Shown here piece after piece: positions 57,823 through 64,000 of a stretch of 64,000 bases of DNA (its first letter is position 1; each line of letters begins with the position of its first letter). A program made the position numbers and the translations under genes. Source of the stretch: a virus (Duplodnaviria; Caudoviricetes). The notes below the pieces were generated by a model. The model worked only from the letters and a program-made list of their open reading frames with translations. It had not been told where the DNA came from and did not search any database. The DNA lies in IMG/VR virus record IMGVR_UViG_3300037249_000989, positions 1,016-65,015 of that record, one strand, 5' to 3'.

Positions 57823-60800
57823 ATGAAAACATAGTTATTCATAGAAAACCAAGAAGTAGAGTTGACTGATGACGTTCAATTCTTACTTAATAAACAATTT
57901 GAAGATGTTACTGAACCAACAGCTATTATAAATGATTGGAGCAAGACTGTTTCTATTCCATTTTCTGAATCTAATAACAGATTATTTGGTTATATATACA
58001 GACCAGATAGAATGATAATTGGTAACGGGAATGCAGATTCATATAAATTAATGAATATGTATTTTGATCCAACTAAAAAACTTGACTTCAAATTAGTTTA
58101 TAATTCATTTTTAATGATGAGCGGTTATGCTAAAATGAATGAGATTAAATAGACCGATGGAAAAGGCGTTTATAATATCACTTTATTTGGATAGCTTGGT
58201 AATGTTTTTCAAGAAATGAAGAAAATTACGTTTGATACTACTACTGATAATACGGATTATTTGATACATGGTGAGGATTATGTAAGTGAATATATAAACC
58301 AGAATATAGTATTGAATTCGTGGAGTTCTATAAGTCAAAGAAGTAAAACAGTTAAAAAGAAAGGCGAACTTGAATATAATCTAACAGATATAATAGGTTT
58401 TGCGCCAAATAATAGTTTTTCAGAAGGTTTTAACTATGATACTTATCAAGATTCTGCAAATTCTTCAAAACTGTTCACTGAAAACTTAAAGAACGCTGAT
58501 TTTCAAACTAAAACAGGTATTGAACCTTCTGCAATAATACCTAATGGAATGTTACCACGTGAAATAGGAGAATATAGAAGTTATTTGCAACTTCCGTTTA
58601 TTTATTGGAATAAATTATTTCAAATATTTCAAGCGAAAGCCGAGGAAGTAACAGGATATAAGTTTAAGTTGGATGAAACTTGGTTTAATTCCTGTAATCC
58701 GTATTGGTATAATTTAGTCTATATGCTAAAGCCATTTAACACTAATAAGACAGAAGGCGCTACTAATTATTATAATCCACATATTTACAATGCAACTTGG
58801 ACTGGTAATACTAACACTAATGTTCAAGAAAGTTATATCATAATTCCAACTACAAATGAGACGTTTAATTTAGTTGAAGATTTTGATACATATCCTTCTA
58901 AATTTGTAATTACAGATAAAGATGAAGTGTATGTGAACTACTCACTTGGATTACAATTATTTGATAAAGGCACTTCAGATCCATATTCATTAAGATTGAA
59001 CATATATAACTATGTAAACATTAAAGTAGATTTTCTTGACTCAAATGATAATATAATTAAGACTGAAAAATATGCTATCTGTGACTATGAATGTATTTAT
59101 ATGGATGAAATAAGAAGAAATTACAAACAAGAAAACATTTTAACCTATAATGAATTAACAAGAACAGGTGAATATCCAAATAGATTAAGATATATAACCA
59201 TCAATCCAACATTTACTTGTATATTAAAAGCATATAAAGGTTTAGAATATAAGTTTAAAATTTCTTCTAATTGGATGTATGGAACATATAGATTTATGAA
59301 TAAGTACGCACCAAGTGATAGTTATGTCGGTACTATTCCTGAAACAGAATTAAAATACTCAAACAATAGTTTGATTTCCGCACAATTATCATTTGAACGA
59401 AGAAGCAATTCCTACTTTGTTTTAAATGATTTGTGGAATAATGAATATAATATTTTTAATGAGGTTTTGAAGTACTGCAAGAAGTTTAGATTATTGTTTA
59501 AAGAAGATGTTTTTAACAAACAGATAGAAATTCTTACGTTCAGCAATTATTTTAAGAACTATTCAATTATTGATTGGACAAATAAAATAGATAAAAGCAA
59601 AAATTTCGACATTAAACCAATTACATTTGAAAACAAGTATGTACTATTTAATCACATAGACAGTAATACAAATTTAGGAAAACAATACAAAGAAAAGTAC
59701 GGTTTGAATTATGGTGATTATAGAGTTGTAACAGATTATAACTTTAACAGCGAAACTAAAAAATTATTTGATAATATAACCCCATCAATTATAAATACAG
59801 ATAATGTTTTATCTTGGATTAATTTACGTGATTATTTCAGTATTGTTTATAGTTTTCCAAATGAAATCTATGTGTATAACAAAGATAAAGATAACAAACA
59901 AGTTGATATATTTGGCGCATATTTCTTTCATAATGGATTATCGTTATTCAGTAAGGAAGAAGCTTTACACTTAAACGAAGTTTGTGTTAGTGATGATACA
60001 GAATTTCAGGATAACAATAACACATATTTTTATTCAAGAAACATTAATAGTGTGCCAATTGAAACATATCCAAATCTAGATATTGTAAAAGATAACCTTA
60101 TAAATACATTCAATATACCTAAAGAGAACTACACTTATAATAATAACTATGCTAATAAGGTAGGTATATACGACAATTTCTGGGAAAGATATATTGATGA
60201 GAGATATAATATACAAAATAAGATTATTACATGTTATATATTATTGAAACCCAGTGAATATAATCAATTTGAATGGAACAAATTAGTTAAAATAGGAAAT
60301 CAACTATGCATAGTTAATAAAATATATGATTATAACATTGAAAGTAATCAGTCAACTAAAGTAGATTTAATTACTATTCAGGATATTAATGCCTATACTG
60401 ATGATTCATATTTTGATTCAATAGATAGATTGGATTTACATATAAATGGAACATCTTATTTTGGTGGTGGTATTATGAATAACCCACGCGTTTTAGGGAC
60501 ATTTGATGCTGTTACTAATGTGACATTTGCAAATGCAAGTAAAACATATATTGCTAACAATGTTAAGTTTACCATAGTAGGTGATACAATATACTATCAA
60601 AATATAGCAGAATATCTGGATGAAGAAGATATAGAGTTTACAGTTACATTACATAATGAAAACTATACTGCATCATTTAATTGTGTTAGATACTCAACTT
60701 ATCCATATCCTTGGATTATCATTGAAGATAGTAATGGTAATGAAGTTTCAACTATTCAACCGGGTTCACGTGTTTATAAATTTAAATGGCACGGTACTGC

Positions 60801-61050
60801 AACTGAAGGATTAGATAACAAACCGACAATTGTAATTGAAAATCACGGTACAGGATCTGCCACTATTGGAAATGATTGGGTTGAGAATTGGATTATGGTT
60901 CCAGTTGAAGGTGGAGATGAATATTTCAGAAATGAATATGAAGTCACTCTTAATACTAATATGACAAACTATAGTGACACATATCTTAGATTTATTGTAA
61001 CAGATAAAGCAGGATGGCACGAAACACGTGATTACTATATTTCTTTATAA
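57823..61050 (+). CDS. Large tail tip/hub protein (1075 aa, TAG at codon 4), divergent allele
   Basis: Shares INDWSKTVSIPF and LPREIGEYRSYLQ with 26166 gene; different C-terminus. Confidence 0.75.
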
Positions 61051-61090
61051 AAATTTATTTTTCATTTGAACAAAACTATAATATAGAATT

Positions 61091-62986
61091 ATGGCAGTAA
61101 AGAAAAAAGTCGTTGAAATAGATACTTAGCAAGCTGAAACTTCGGTTAAAGATTTGAGAAACCAACTTAAACAATTGAAAGATACAATGCTTTCAACTGA
61201 ACAAGGAACCGAAGAATATAATAATGCAATGAGAAAAGCCGCAGATATTATGCATACTCTTAAAGAACAACAAGAAGAGTTAAATGCATCTGCAATGGAC
61301 TTCGGACAAATCACTGGTAATGTCGTTAAGGCAACCGGCGGTTTGGTTGCTGGTTTATAGGCGGCTAAAGCAACAATGAATTTATTTGGTGTTGAAAATG
61401 ACGCAGTTTTAGAATCATTATAGAAAATGCAAAATTTAATGGCTATAACACAAGCATTACCAGCACTTGATAATGGTGTTAAAGCATTTAAACGTTTGGG
61501 GTTAGTAATTAAATCTGCAACTGCCGGAATGAATGGTTTTAAAAAAGCACTTTTGACATCTGGAATTGGTGCATTAGTAGTTGCACTTGGATATATTGTG
61601 TCTCATTTTGAAGAAATATCAAAATGGCTTGATGAAGTGACTGGTCAAACTGATTTTCTTGGAACGGTTGCAGATGCTGTAGTTGGTGGTTTAAATGCTG
61701 CTTGGGCTGGATTAGTACAAACTATAAAAGCAGTTGGAAGTTCAATAGTAACATATATTACTGCTCCATTTAAATCTGTCTGGGCTGCAATTCAGGCCTA
61801 CACTTCAACTGAAGGCGGTTTTGTAGATAAATTAAAAGCTGCTGGTAAGGCAATGAAAAATGGCTTTGTTTCAGACTGGAAAGATGTTGGTAATGACTTC
61901 AAAAAGATTGGTGAAGTTTCAGCTAATGCATATTAGGAAGGATTTAATAAAAACCGTGCAAAACGATTGGCTAAAAACGAAGAGGAAGCTAAAGAAATAG
62001 GTGCTGCAAGAGGTAAAGCAAAAGCAGAAGCAGAAGAAGCCGCATATAAAAAACGTTTACGTGATATTGACACACAAGAACGTGATGAAATGTTGAAACT
62101 TCAAGCAATGGGCTTGAGTTATGAAGAATATGTGGCTAAAAAGCAAGAATTAGAAGATGAGTTTACTAAGAAACGTATTGAAGCTTTACAAAATATTTTA
62201 GACACTGAAACTACGTTAACTGAGCAAGAAATTGCATCATTAAAAGATGAGTTAATCAAACTTCAAGATAGTTTATATAAAAAACCAGAAGAAACTAAAA
62301 CTGCTTCTACTGAAGAAAATCTTCCACCTGAAGCACTCACAGCAAAACAAATCAGTGAAGCAATAAATGCATCTGCTTTAGCTCTTAATGATTTTAGTGA
62401 TAATCCAGCTTGGGGTAACATATTAAAGAATGTTGCTACTTTAACTGCTAATTGGGACACATTACACGCTCAAATTAAAGAAGGTGGATCTAAAGCATTT
62501 ACTGCTTATGCACAAATTGCAGCTACCGCATTATCTGCTGTTGCACAAATGATGAATGGACTTGCAGCTGAACAAGATACTTCAAATAAAGAAGGTTTTG
62601 AATCTGCTAAAAAGTATCAAATTGCGGGTGCTACAATGAGCATGTTAGCCGGTATTGCTTCTGCTTGGGCATCTTCAATGCAACTTATGTTCCCAGCTAA
62701 CGTTATTATTGGTGGTTTGTTATCAGGTATGATGCTCGCAACAGGTATTGCACAAATTGCTAAGATTAAAAATACACAATTTAATGGTGGCTCTACTTCT
62801 GGTTCTTCTGCTACTCCAAATACTAGTGCAGTTGCTTCAATTCAAGCACCAGTTCAATATACACAAGATGTTCAAGGTGCTTCTATAGAAGGTGCAATCA
62901 AAGATACTAGAGTTTATGTGACTGAAGGTGATATTTCTTCAACTCAAAAAAAAGTTGACGTTGCAGAATCAGAAGCACGTTTCTAA
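61091..62986 (+). CDS. Tape measure protein (631 aa, TAG=Gln)
   Basis: Orthologue of 29626-31647, 42 aa shorter. Confidence 0.75.
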
Positions 62987-63028
62987 ATGAAATAAATATA
63001 AAAACAAATATTTTTCATTTGAACAATT

Positions 63029-63337
63029 ATGATATACTTAGACAATAATATTATATTACCAAATTTATTAGGCATTGACTCTTCTAGTTACAAATTAGTT
63101 ATGCACAATAATGTAACCAATGAAAAAATCACTCTGGATGCATCAAATATAAGTGATAATGAATTATATTATACCTTTAGTATTGATGCATCAGGGATGG
63201 CCTAGAATGAATACACGATAACTTTATATGATAATACTGATTAGTGTTTAGGCACTTTCCTTGCTCAAAAGGGAATTTCAGAATATAAAGACGTATCTGC
63301 ATTTATAAATGACATGCACTATATACAATTTGATTGA
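63029..63337 (+). CDS. Hypothetical virion protein (copy 2)
   Basis: Orthologue of 31690-32001. Confidence 0.6.
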
Positions 63338-63355
63338 AAATTAAATCATTGAATT

Positions 63356-63937
63356 ATGAAATACTATTATATAGACATAAATGATAATGAACTTGGTTTG
63401 CAAGCTATTTCTTTAGTTGATAAACCTGCAATAGAGCAAGATTTTTTGTTATTTAGTGATGAACATATTTGTTTCGCTAAAGATGATGAAAAGCAAATCA
63501 TTTCAGGTCCAGCTTTGATAGCAGAAATGCCTATTTATAGACGTAATGCTAAAGGTGAGGAATTTTACGTTGTATTCAATAAAGAAACTATTGCAAAGTT
63601 GGTTGAAAGATACAGTAAAAATGGTTTATTTAATATTGTCAATCTTCAACACGACCATAGTTTGTTTACTGAAAATGCAATCTTAGTTGAATCTTACTTT
63701 ATTGACAAAGAACGTGGAATTGCACCTAAAGAATATGGAAGTTTGACAGATGGATCTTGGGTGGTTTCATTTAAAATCGAAGATAAAGATTTATGGGAAC
63801 AAATCAAAAATGGAAATGATTTGAATGGTTTTTCTGTTGAAGTTGCCGGACACTTAGTTGAAAAATTTGAATCAGAAAAACCCGATACTCCGGAAGATGA
63901 AATAAATAAATTGATAGATGAAATATTGGAAAAATGA
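63356..63937 (+). CDS. Prohead protease (copy 2)
   Basis: Near-identical to 31998-32579. Confidence 0.75.
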   Translation: MKYYYIDINDNELGLQAISLVDKPAIEQDFLLFSDEHICFAKDDEKQIISGPALIAEMPIYRRNAKGEEFYVVFNKETIAKLVERYSKNGLFNIVNLQHDHSLFTENAILVESYFIDKERGIAPKEYGSLTDGSWVVSFKIEDKDLWEQIKNGNDLNGFSVEVAGHLVEKFESEKPDTPEDEINKLIDEILEK

Positions 63938-64000
63938 TAATCCATATATTTTTCATTTGAACAAAAATTAAAATCATATATGATGAATAGCAAACTTTTA

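Larger units (their letters stand above)
1..64000. mobile_element. Tandem head-to-tail array of related temperate siphophage genomes (code 15, Bacteroidota host)
   Basis: Complete head, tail, packaging and lysis set occurs twice in the same order. Bacteroidota TTTG-N20-TAnnTTTG promoter present. No host housekeeping genes seen. Confidence 0.85.
33647..64000 (+). repeat. Diverged direct copy of 1-32642
   Basis: Collinear orthologues (tail tube 489/34138, transposase 18923/50165, protease 31998/63356) with many substitutions and swapped modules. Confidence 0.95.

Noticed and set aside
719-63993. Antisense and frame-shifted ORFs in the track (e.g. 719-970, 4000-4290, 8908-9222, 32336-32824, 63694-63993)
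   Set aside because: They overlap well-supported code-15 genes and appear to be shadow ORFs.
1-64000. Ciliate-type code 6 (TAA and TAG = Gln) or a eukaryotic virus
   Set aside because: TAA terminates most genes before terminators and promoters; gene content and promoters are Bacteroidota phage-like.
33647-64000. Simple assembly duplication of one circular genome
   Set aside because: Copies differ by many substitutions, indels and whole module swaps.

Overview
AT-rich Bacteroidota-type siphophage DNA with no recognisable host genes. It consists of head-to-tail, diverged copies of one ~31-34 kb genome unit: 1-32642 is collinear with 33647-64000. Depending on where the junction lies, this is two units, or a partial + complete + partial unit. 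Middle and late genes use genetic code 15 (TAG=Gln). This is shown directly by TAG codons in one copy aligning with CAA/CAG in the other, so most of the fragmented ORF track collapses into intact genes: terminases, tail chaperone with -1 frameshift, tail proteins, tape measure, protease, scaffold, capsid, tail tube, portal, fibres, holin, M15 endolysin, MTases, HNH and RusA. A central early region is TAG-free and carries an intact IS1595-family DDE transposase at the same locus in both copies. No other integrase and no suppressor tRNA or release factor was seen. Other notable signals: a putative two-gene split ECF sigma factor; an 18-bp late-promoter motif found 14 times; a second promoter class with 24-bp operators; a conserved loop-pairing RNA leader; short variable genes delimited by a 27-bp hairpin repeat; and a conserved palindrome-rich 1.3-kb non-coding region with a short variable core that may be the unit junction. 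All coordinates and translations were derived by eye; functional calls rest on motif recognition, not database searches.
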